A program made the translations under genes and the position numbers. Positions 20,388-28,313 of a DNA stretch of 64,000 bases are shown here, in pieces. The notes under the pieces are model-generated. The model saw only the letters and a list, made by a program, of their open reading frames with translations, was not told where the DNA came from and searched no databases. Position 1 is the stretch's first letter. Each line of letters begins with the position of its first letter. Source of the stretch: Dehalococcoidia bacterium (GTDB lineage: Bacteria; Chloroflexota; Dehalococcoidia; DSTF01; JACRBR01); assembly GCA_021731085.1 (NCBI GenBank), contig JAKFYB010000013.1, forward strand, positions 88,125-152,124. The letters are read 5' to 3'.

Positions 20388-21485
20388 CTATGCGGGCATC
20401 ATTTCGATCGCGTTCAGCTCTTCGACGGCCGCGGCACCACGCTGCAGCCACGCTGTCCATAGCGCCATCCCTCGCTCATTCGCGGCGTCTAGCGTTCCGA
20501 CTGCGATGACGATGTACACGAACTGGAACAGAGCTCCGAGACGGTAGTCGTCCCAACACTGCTCGAATGCATAGCCCGTCACGCCATTCGTCACCAGTGT
20601 GTCGTGATAGAGCCGCACCAGCTCGCGTTCATGCTCGCGCCGCAGTTCAGACGGTAGGCCGCCACACAGCAGGTACGCGATGTCGAACGTCCCTCGGCCG
20701 AGCGTGGAAATCTGCCAGTCCGCGACGGACAACCGCAGCTCGCCGCCCTCGTCCGAGAAGAACAGGTTGTCGACCCGGAAGTCGCCGTGGCTGATCGTAA
20801 GTGGCGGCTGTGCAAACGCCGTTTGTATCTTTACGACGTTTTCGCCGATGCGCTCGCATGCGGATTTTGCTTCAGGCGATAGCGTCTCGCCGAACATATC
20901 GAGAAACGGCCGCCAAGCCTGCGCATACGCACCGGCCGCAACCTGCTGGACGGGCGCGTTGATGGCGGGCATCCATTCGCCAATCTTCGCGAGGCGCGGG
21001 CTCTCCCACCATGTGGCGTGAAACCGCGCGATGTCCTCCACCGCGACGCGAGCCTGCGCGACGGAGCATCCCGCCGCCTGATCGCCGACGCACGCGGGGG
21101 CGAGATCTTCGATCAGCAGGATGTACTGCTGCTTTTCTTGATCCATATCGCTGTAGTAGTGGCGCGGCGCGCGCAGTTCGACGTCATGCGCTATCTCGCG
21201 ATAAAAGCGAATCTCACGATGATAGAAGTCGAACAGGTTCCCGATCTGCCGCCCGCCCTCGGACGCGCCGGGCATCTTCGCGATGATCGATGAAGGCGCG
21301 CCGACCTCCGCGCGGTCGTACGTGGGCCGGATCTGCGCAAGCTGTCCGATGAAGCCCGAGCCTTCGCCGATCGTGCACACATCAATCGACGTGACCGTTG
21401 CGTGCTTGAGCACCCCACTACTCTTAAGGGCAGTCGTCAGCCATGCGGCTGTAAGTTCGCCCGGATTCTGAGGCATCGCACCCAT
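20388..21485 (-). CDS. phosphotransferase-family kinase (APH/CHK/EcKL-like), tandem paralogue
   Basis: 366 aa from ATG 21485 (GAGGAG RBS); HGDFRVDNLFF..DWQ; colinear with the downstream paralogue. The track ORF extends upstream into Gly/Arg-rich non-coding-looking sequence. Confidence 0.75.
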   Translation of the reverse strand: MGAMPQNPGELTAAWLTTALKSSGVLKHATVTSIDVCTIGEGSGFIGQLAQIRPTYDRAEVGAPSSIIAKMPGASEGGRQIGNLFDFYHREIRFYREIAHDVELRAPRHYYSDMDQEKQQYILLIEDLAPACVGDQAAGCSVAQARVAVEDIARFHATWWESPRLAKIGEWMPAINAPVQQVAAGAYAQAWRPFLDMFGETLSPEAKSACERIGENVVKIQTAFAQPPLTISHGDFRVDNLFFSDEGGELRLSVADWQISTLGRGTFDIAYLLCGGLPSELRREHERELVRLYHDTLVTNGVTGYAFEQCWDDYRLGALFQFVYIVIAVGTLDAANERGMALWTAWLQRGAAAVEELNAIEMMPA

Positions 21486-21502
21486 AGCAACTCCTCTGAC
21501 TG

Positions 21503-22744
21503 CTAGAACATGTTCGGGCAGAACGGCGCGTACTCCGTCCGCCACATTGCATCCCACAACTTCAGATCCGCGTCCGGCGACGCCTCGGCGCGACCATACC
21601 GGGCGGCGTTTGTCGGCGACACCTGCCCGTAGAACAGCTGCGCCAGCGCCGAAATGTCGAGGGAGAGCGACGCCGCCTCGCTCGTACGCGACACGATGCT
21701 TCCTTCCGGCCCCGCCTCCAGCGCCCAGCGTCCGGCGTTCCACGGACACATCGCGTCCGTCACTTCGAAGACAACGCGGCCTTCGGCGCCATACGGGCGC
21801 AGGGGCAACAGCCGTTCGAGGTCGATGATGCGTCCGTGCAGCCAGTCACGGTGCTGGGCATTGAGTTCGCGGGGGTCGACCATCACGTGGAACGCTGGAT
21901 CATCCGTCGGCGCTGCGTCGATGACGATGCGTGATGCCAGGTCGAATCGCTTGAGGTACTCCCAGATCGCGCGGTATGCGGAGGGCGTGTTGTAGACGTA
22001 GTCGCGCACATAGATGCGCTGCCCCGGCCCACCTGCATCCGATGGCGACGACGACGCGTACTTGGGCACCCAGGAGATGTAGCCCTGCGGCTCACCGTGC
22101 TCTTCGTAAACAGCGAGCAGACTTGGCCCCGGCTTGAGTCCGTCGTATGTGTCGCCGTTGTGTACCTGCCAGTCCCACATTGCCTGCGCTCGCCGGAGGT
22201 AGCCATTGCGGGGCTCGATGAACCCGTCGTACATCTCCTGCAGGAGCGGCTGTTGTTCCTTCGTGACCTCCCGCCAGGTGCCAGTCGTAGGCGCCATCGA
22301 CGGTACGAAGTTCACCCAGCGGGGATCAATGTTGAAGCGCACGGCCGTTGATACGCAGGCGTAGCCGTAACGCTGGTAGATGCCGGCGATCGAAGCGAGC
22401 AAGATGGCCAAAGGCTCGAGGCGCTCTTCGTAACGGCGCTTGAAGTCCGTCTCCATGATCTTGCGCAGATGGCCGCGCCGCCGGAAGTGCGGCAGCGTGC
22501 CGACGACGGTTACGCCGGCGGCTCGCGTGACGCCGCCGTTGATACGCTGCTGGAAAGGAAAGGCGCCGTACGTCGTCGCAAGCTCGCCGTCCTCGAAGGC
22601 GCACATAGACCATTCGGGGCGCAGGATGAACTCGGCGCGTTCGGGGTCGCGGGGCTTGCCGGTGTAGTTGCCAAAGACGATCGACGGCACGCGGTAGAAC
22701 GCCTCCGTCTCCTCCTCGCGAAAGGGCCTGATTTCGAGTGCCAC
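21503..22744 (-). CDS. Eis-like GNAT acetyltransferase (GNAT + SCP2-like, C-terminal Phe)
   Basis: GVTVVGTLPHFRRRGHLRKIM..LASIAGIYQRYGY matches the Eis N-terminal GNAT. ~413 aa ending ...CPNMF. GTG start at 22744 with GGGAGG RBS. Confidence 0.7.
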   Translation of the reverse strand: MALEIRPFREEETEAFYRVPSIVFGNYTGKPRDPERAEFILRPEWSMCAFEDGELATTYGAFPFQQRINGGVTRAAGVTVVGTLPHFRRRGHLRKIMETDFKRRYEERLEPLAILLASIAGIYQRYGYACVSTAVRFNIDPRWVNFVPSMAPTTGTWREVTKEQQPLLQEMYDGFIEPRNGYLRRAQAMWDWQVHNGDTYDGLKPGPSLLAVYEEHGEPQGYISWVPKYASSSPSDAGGPGQRIYVRDYVYNTPSAYRAIWEYLKRFDLASRIVIDAAPTDDPAFHVMVDPRELNAQHRDWLHGRIIDLERLLPLRPYGAEGRVVFEVTDAMCPWNAGRWALEAGPEGSIVSRTSEAASLSLDISALAQLFYGQVSPTNAARYGRAEASPDADLKLWDAMWRTEYAPFCPNMF

Positions 22745-22824
22745 ACATACCTCCCACGGGCGTGCGCGGATTCTACCAGCCGTCTGCGATGCGCGGCAGG
22801 CTAGCGCCGCGTACAGTACCGCCC

Positions 22825-23622
22825 ATGCGCGCTCCTGCATTCTTCGATGGCCTGCTATCGACCGCGTTCGACGTCGAGTTTGATTCTCGACCGGCCGCCG
22901 ATCGCCGCTTCGACTGGACGGTCGCCGCCATCCTCATCATCGGCGCGATCATCATCGTCAGCTACTCAAGCTTCGGGAAGGTGGAGTTCTTCGACGACCA
23001 CTTCTCTTCGCATTTCGACGGGCACCCGTGGCACGAGATGTACGGCTACCTGTACTGGTTCTTGTCGAGCCTTCTCTGGCTGTTCGCGCTACCAATCCTG
23101 GTCATCGTGCTCCTGCCGGGCCAGCGGCTGCGCGACTTCGGTCTTGGTCTCGGTGACTGGCGCTACGGGCTCCGCGCGGCGCTCTGCCTGTACGGGATTA
23201 TGGTGCCGCTGCTGGCCCTCGCGTCCTTCCGCCCGAACTTCGTGGAGTACTACCCAATGAGCGACTGGGTGCGGGACGAGGTCGCTTTGTTCGCGGATGG
23301 TGGCGGCACGTCACATCTCTGGCCGTTCATCGTGTACGAGGTCGCCTATGCGTTGTACTTCGTCGGCTGGGAGTTCTTCCACCGCGGCTTCTTGACCGTC
23401 GGGCTGTCACGGGTCTTTGGCTGGTACGCGATCTTTGTCGTGACGGTCCCGTTCGCGATCCTGCATCTGAACAAGCCGATGCCGGAGGCCTACGGGGCGA
23501 TTGTCGCCAGCGTCGTGCTGGGATGGCTGGCCATCCGCACAAGGTCGTCGTGGTGGGGCTTCGGTGTGCACGCCAGCGTCGCCGTCACGATGGATGTCTT
23601 CGCTGTGCTGCACCAGATCTAG
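22825..23622 (+). CDS. CPBP-family intramembrane metalloprotease (CAAX protease/Abi-like)
   Basis: Multi-TM; WEFFHRGF (EExxxR-like) and FAILHLN (HxxxN) motifs. Start ATG 22825 (alternative 22789). Confidence 0.65.
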   Translation: MRAPAFFDGLLSTAFDVEFDSRPAADRRFDWTVAAILIIGAIIIVSYSSFGKVEFFDDHFSSHFDGHPWHEMYGYLYWFLSSLLWLFALPILVIVLLPGQRLRDFGLGLGDWRYGLRAALCLYGIMVPLLALASFRPNFVEYYPMSDWVRDEVALFADGGGTSHLWPFIVYEVAYALYFVGWEFFHRGFLTVGLSRVFGWYAIFVVTVPFAILHLNKPMPEAYGAIVASVVLGWLAIRTRSSWWGFGVHASVAVTMDVFAVLHQI

Positions 23623-23632
23623 GCCACAGCGA

Positions 23633-23881
23633 TTACAGTGAGCGCTTGATGGCGGCGAGCAGTGCGCGTCGGTCAGCCGCTGTCGTAGCGGGAAAGCGCT
23701 GCCACTCCGAACCTGTCCGCACGTCGGCGAAGAAGCCCGTCGGATCCTCATGGAAGTGCAGGAACGCCTGCGACTTCCGGTAGAAGATGCCGCGCCTCTT
23801 TTCCGTCAGGCCCTCGACGAGGCGGATCTTCTCGATCACCGGTTCGAGCACGTCGAGTGCGATGGGCGTGGCGTGCTTCAT
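23633..23881 (-). CDS. hypothetical small protein
   Basis: 82 aa. Last gene of a 4-gene minus-strand operon; start overlaps the stop of the upstream ORF. Confidence 0.35.
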   Translation of the reverse strand: MKHATPIALDVLEPVIEKIRLVEGLTEKRRGIFYRKSQAFLHFHEDPTGFFADVRTGSEWQRFPATTAADRRALLAAIKRSL

Positions 23882-24162
23882 ACAGGCCCCGTGCGCTCAC
23901 AGGCAGCGCAAACCTGATACCCGTCACCTTCTGGGCCGTGGTTGATTCTCAGCCAGGCGATCAACTCTGCCTTATCGCGACTGCACGCCTTGGCAACGCT
24001 GGTGAGTCTCTCGTACCGATCACTTCCCAGGAATGGGCAATCAGTTCGATGCAGACGAATCCAGTCCGTTCCCATGTTCAAACCGTTCGCGACATACGCG
24101 AGGCCGCTTTTGCGATACGCGGCGTACTCCGCTTCCTGGTCGTGGAAATTCGCGACGGCCAT
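23878..24162 (-). CDS. hypothetical small Cys-containing protein
   Basis: 94 aa with CPFL...C...CAAC spacing, possibly Zn-binding. Confidence 0.35.
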   Translation of the reverse strand: MAVANFHDQEAEYAAYRKSGLAYVANGLNMGTDWIRLHRTDCPFLGSDRYERLTSVAKACSRDKAELIAWLRINHGPEGDGYQVCAACERTGPV

Positions 24163-24165
24163 GCG

Positions 24166-24480
24166 TCACCCCAACTTCACGGCCGTGCCCGACGCCGTCA
24201 CCATCAGCATCGCGCCACCGACCGTCTCATAGTCGATATCGACGCCGACAACGGCATCGGCACCTAGCTCCGCTGCAGCCTGCTCCATCTCTTCGAGCGC
24301 CGTTTCGCGGCCTTTGCGCAACTCCTTCTCATAGCCGCCGGAACGGCCGCCAGTGATGTTGCGGAACTGCGCGCCGATATCGCGAAAGACGTTGGCGCCG
24401 AGCACTGTCTCGCCGGCGACGACGCCCAGATACTCGCGGACGGGCCGTCCTTCGACGACGGTTGTTGTGGTGACGATCAT
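24166..24480 (-). CDS. YbjQ/UPF0145 (DUF74) family protein
   Basis: [46 protein letters not shown].. Start ATG 24480 with GGAGGAGG RBS. Confidence 0.7.
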   Translation of the reverse strand: MIVTTTTVVEGRPVREYLGVVAGETVLGANVFRDIGAQFRNITGGRSGGYEKELRKGRETALEEMEQAAAELGADAVVGVDIDYETVGGAMLMVTASGTAVKLG

Positions 24481-24496
24481 GCTGCCTCCTCCGCGG

Positions 24497-25009
24497 CTAT
24501 GGCGTTGAGGACAAAGTATCGGCCCGTGCCGCATCGATGTCCACCACCGATGCCAGCGGCGGGGGAAACAGGCGGTCGATGACGGCGGCCCGATAGTTCA
24601 GGATTTGGGCCAACTGTCGTCGCACCACGAGGGCGTGCGCGGCACCGCCGAGTGGCCCGAGCGGCATGTCGTAGACGACGCGGTCGGTCATGTGTGTTAT
24701 GTCGTCGCTCACACGCTCGAAGCGATGCTCGTGCCACCACCGTTTGTAGGGACCACGCTTCTGCTCATCAACGAACCGAGCGTTACGCTCGTACTCGGTG
24801 ATCACGGTCGTCCACCGGATGCGTACGCGGAGCCAGCGGATGGTGTAGTCGATCTCGCAGCCGTTGAAGATCTCGTCACCGGGCATGCGCTCGACGCTGA
24901 AGCGCATCCATGCTGGAGTCAGCGCGGCCAGATTGCGCGGGTCGCTGAAGTAATCGAAAGCCTTCCCGATTGATGCGTATACGATCTGTGTTCGCTCTAG
25001 CTCGTTCAC
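24497..25009 (-). CDS. SRPBCC (START/Bet v1-like, polyketide cyclase-like) family protein
   Basis: 170 aa; GTG start with AGGAG RBS. Confidence 0.55.
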   Translation of the reverse strand: MNELERTQIVYASIGKAFDYFSDPRNLAALTPAWMRFSVERMPGDEIFNGCEIDYTIRWLRVRIRWTTVITEYERNARFVDEQKRGPYKRWWHEHRFERVSDDITHMTDRVVYDMPLGPLGGAAHALVVRRQLAQILNYRAAVIDRLFPPPLASVVDIDAARADTLSSTP

Positions 25010-25311
25010 GCGCTACTCCTGGTTCCGTGCCCACCTACCGTCGATAGAACAAACTGATGGCATCCAACCCCGCGCCACCGAGTAACCCTGTTATTCCTGT
25101 TAAGAACGCCGCTTCTTACCAATAATTGTCGATTATGTCGGCCTTCAGGTCTGCCGCCCGGCCGCCTGCCGCGATAAAATGGCCTTGGTTCGCGCGCCCC
25201 CCGTGAGGGCCACCCTTCCTCGGGCTCACGCCTTGGAAGGGGCAGCAATCTCACCGTTTTAGACACGAATCCGGCGCTCTGGCGGCGGATTCACCAGTAC
25301 TACGAGGCAAC

Positions 25312-25884
25312 GTGGTCAATCGATCGCTCAATGGCGAAGGCTACATGCTCCCACTCGGCGGGCCGGAGTTCTGGCTGCAGGCCGAACTGCAGGACGCAAT
25401 GGATCGCCTGATCAAAACGCACTTCCGCGATGTGCTCGCGATGCCGCGCGCGCCGTATCCGACGCTCGAACTGAGCGCGCGCATGACATCGAGCGCCGGC
25501 CGCTGTTATCCGGACAGTGGCGAGATAAAGCTGGCGACGTTGTACCACCGCGACCACGGCCTTGATGAAACGCTGATGGTACTCAAGCATGAGCTCGCGC
25601 ACTGGGGCGCGCGCTGGCGCTACGGGCGTCGCATCGCGCCGCATGGCCGCGAGTTCCGTGCTGTCGCGCACGAGCTGGACCCGCGCATCACCATCTACTG
25701 CCCGCCCTTCGCCGCAAAGGAGCGCGCGCAGCGTAAGACGTGGAAGATGCAGTGCCCGCGCTGCCGCAAGCACTACACCCGTGGGCGCCGCGATAAAGTG
25801 GCGTGCCGCTCCTGCTGTGACACGTACGCGGGCGGCAACTACGACCGCCGCTTCAAGCTCGCCGTCGTTTCTCGTGGCGACTGA
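25312..25884 (+). CDS. SprT-like zinc metallopeptidase family protein
   Basis: HELAHW (HExxH) motif, C-terminal Cys-rich Zn ribbon CPRCRKHY..CRSCC; GTG start. Confidence 0.6.
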   Translation: MVNRSLNGEGYMLPLGGPEFWLQAELQDAMDRLIKTHFRDVLAMPRAPYPTLELSARMTSSAGRCYPDSGEIKLATLYHRDHGLDETLMVLKHELAHWGARWRYGRRIAPHGREFRAVAHELDPRITIYCPPFAAKERAQRKTWKMQCPRCRKHYTRGRRDKVACRSCCDTYAGGNYDRRFKLAVVSRGD

Positions 25885-26548
25885 CGCCACGCTCATCGCT
25901 ACGCCTTCAGTCGCCGTTCTCTTCGACCTCGATGGCGTCATCGTCGATAGCCGCCACTTTCACATGCTGGCGTGGGAGCAATGGGCCCGCGACCAAAGCG
26001 TCGAGCACGCGGCGGACTACTTTCACGCGATGTTCGGCCGCCGCAACGACGCCATCATCGGCGGTCTCCTGCCCGGCATCACTCCCGAGGAGTTCAAGCG
26101 CCTCGCCGACGCGAAAGAGCAGCTGTTCCGGGACGGAGCACGCGGCAATATCACCGCCCTTCCAGGGGCCATGGCGCTGCTCGACGCGCTGGACGCGCAC
26201 GACCTCCCGCGTGCGATCGTCACTTCCACGCCTCGGGCCAATCTGGCGCTGATTCTAGAGTCACTCCGCTGTGAGCACCGGTTTGGGGCGCTGGTCGCCG
26301 AGGAGGATGCGTCGCGCGGGAAGCCGGATCCGGAGGGCTTCCTGATCGCAGCCCAGCGCCTCGATGCTGCTGCGGAGGTCTGTGTGGTCATCGAGGACGC
26401 CCCGGCCGGGCTGGCGGCGGCGAAGGCCGGCGGGATGCGGGCAATCGGCGTAACGACAACGCATCCAGCCGCAGCGCTCCACGATGCGGACATCGTGGTC
26501 GATACGCTCGACGATCCGTTGGTCCTGCAGTTCATCACTGGTAGCTGA
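25874..26548 (+). CDS. HAD-superfamily hydrolase (beta-phosphoglucomutase-like)
   Basis: VLFDLDGVIVDS motif I..GKPDPE..IEDAPAG. GTG start overlapping the SprT stop. The longer track ORF (from 25589) is Ala/Ser/Arg-rich upstream and overlaps SprT. Confidence 0.7.
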   Translation: MATDATLIATPSVAVLFDLDGVIVDSRHFHMLAWEQWARDQSVEHAADYFHAMFGRRNDAIIGGLLPGITPEEFKRLADAKEQLFRDGARGNITALPGAMALLDALDAHDLPRAIVTSTPRANLALILESLRCEHRFGALVAEEDASRGKPDPEGFLIAAQRLDAAAEVCVVIEDAPAGLAAAKAGGMRAIGVTTTHPAAALHDADIVVDTLDDPLVLQFITGS

Positions 26549-26712
26549 TCGACGCGTTCGCGTATACGGCTTGTATCCCTCCACACGAGCGACCACCGCG
26601 AATGACCTCAAATGTCAGTCAAATAACAGATCTTTAATGGTGATCCATGGGAACCTTCCGCGTACCGTAGGCGTTGTACAGCCACACCAGCGAGCACGCG
26701 AAAGGAACTTCG

Positions 26713-28206
26713 ATGCCGCGCTCGCGGACGACACTGCTTTGGGGGCTCTTCGCGATGGCCGCGATCGCTGCGATCGTTGGCGGCGCGCTGCTGCTCGTGC
26801 GCGCGTTCGACTCATCGACGACGACAACGGGGGCGACACTGCCGCACGACGCGCCACCGGCCGCCATCGACGCGCGCGTGCTCTGCTCGCTGTCGAACGA
26901 CGATGCGCTCGCGGCGCTGGTCACCGGCGCGGACGGCGGCACTTCAGTCGTTGTCGGTAACAAGACGTGGTGGCTGTTCGGCGACACGATCTTTCGTGGA
27001 GATTCCGGCAAGCAGATCGAGGCGAACTCCATCGCCGTATCGACGGAACGCCGCCCGGACGGGTGCCCGCGGCTCGAATACCACGCAGAGAACGGGATTT
27101 CGGTGCCGTTCATCGAGAAGGATGGTTCCCTCACGGTCTGGCCGACGGGCGGCTTCGCGGGCGGCAATGACATGCTCAACGTCTACACCGCCTACGTCTA
27201 CGGCAACGGTCCTTACAGCTATTCGGTCGATGAAGTCGGCGCCGTGCGCCTCGACACTGACACGATGCAGACGGAGGTACTGAACCGGCGGCTCTGGGAC
27301 GAGAACTCCGGTTTTCCCAGCCGCGTCATCCTTGCACAGCCAATCGAGATGGATGAAGGCGACGAACTGCTGCACGTCGTCCTCCACGCACAGGACACAT
27401 CGAAGTACCTCGCGCGCGTTGAGCCGGATCGCTTCGCGGACTCCACCGCGTACGAGTTCTGGGACGGCGCAGGGTGGTCGGAGTCCGCGGCGGATGTCAG
27501 CGCCCTGTGGTCGCTGCCCACCGTCGTCGATCCGGTCGAGCAGCTCCTGAACTTCGAGAACGGGGCGTCGGTGACGTGGAACCCTGCCCTGAACAAGTAC
27601 GTGGCGCTCGTGAATGCCGGCTTCGACGGCATCGGCGCGCGCGTGGCGGATCGGATTGAAGGCCCGTGGTCCGAACCCGTGCGCTGGCTCGACTGCCTGG
27701 CGTTCGCGAACGCCCGCGTGCCGACGTGCTACAGCCCACAGCAACATGCCTCCTACGCCAGCGAAGATGGCCGCCGCATCTACGCCACGATCAGCGCCAT
27801 CGAACCGTACGAGACGCAGTTTGTCGAGATCACGCTCGGCGATGCGATCCACGAATGGCGCGATGGCGACCGCATCATGTACGCACCCGCGGTCTCGAGC
27901 GACCAGTGGGAGGATCAGGGCGTCGCGTTCTATGCATCCGCCGTCGAGCACCCCGGCTTCGTGCCCGTGTTCGAGTGGACACGCGGTGGCGAGTCGCAGT
28001 TCGCACCCGCATCCCCCGCCGACGGCTGGTCTTCGTCGGGTGCCGTCTTCTACGTTACGACGACGGCGCAATCGCAGGACGGCCTCATTCACTACCGCCC
28101 GGTGTACGACTGGGCAAACGGCGACTCACACATCCTTTCGCCACTGGAGACAGGGCTCGAGGAGTATGGATACAAGCGAGGACTTGCTATGTTCTACGCC
28201 CCGTAG
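26713..28206 (+). CDS. DUF4185-domain protein, N-terminally membrane-anchored
   Basis: N-terminal TM (LLWGLFAMAAIAAIVGGALLLV), WWLFGDT motif characteristic of DUF4185. Confidence 0.5.
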   Translation: MPRSRTTLLWGLFAMAAIAAIVGGALLLVRAFDSSTTTTGATLPHDAPPAAIDARVLCSLSNDDALAALVTGADGGTSVVVGNKTWWLFGDTIFRGDSGKQIEANSIAVSTERRPDGCPRLEYHAENGISVPFIEKDGSLTVWPTGGFAGGNDMLNVYTAYVYGNGPYSYSVDEVGAVRLDTDTMQTEVLNRRLWDENSGFPSRVILAQPIEMDEGDELLHVVLHAQDTSKYLARVEPDRFADSTAYEFWDGAGWSESAADVSALWSLPTVVDPVEQLLNFENGASVTWNPALNKYVALVNAGFDGIGARVADRIEGPWSEPVRWLDCLAFANARVPTCYSPQQHASYASEDGRRIYATISAIEPYETQFVEITLGDAIHEWRDGDRIMYAPAVSSDQWEDQGVAFYASAVEHPGFVPVFEWTRGGESQFAPASPADGWSSSGAVFYVTTTAQSQDGLIHYRPVYDWANGDSHILSPLETGLEEYGYKRGLAMFYAP

Positions 28207-28313
28207 TACTTGGCGGCCGCGTGCGGCTGCGCACACCACAGGAAAGAAGGCGCTGCGAGGCTGACGCGACGCCCAGGTCAGGTCATGCGGACAGAAGTCC
28301 GCGGGAGGACGAC

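Noticed and set aside
21486-21749. N-terminal extension of the second kinase ORF
   Set aside because: Gly/Arg-rich and not matched in the tandem paralogue. ATG 21485 has a GAGGAG RBS.
25150-25270. GC-rich structured segment in the SRPBCC/SprT divergent region, briefly considered as SRP/4.5S-like RNA
   Set aside because: Contains GGAAGGGGCAGC but lacks the conserved SRP domain IV context. More likely a 5' leader hairpin. No ncRNA call made.
25589-25873. N-terminal extension of the HAD ORF from 25589
   Set aside because: The extension overlaps the SprT gene in another frame and is Ala/Ser/Arg-rich. The GTG at 25874, just before the DxD motif, is the plausible start.
26944-28092. 382-aa minus-strand ORF antisense to the DUF4185 gene
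   Set aside because: Arg-rich antisense frame. The plus-strand gene has a TM helix and a conserved motif.
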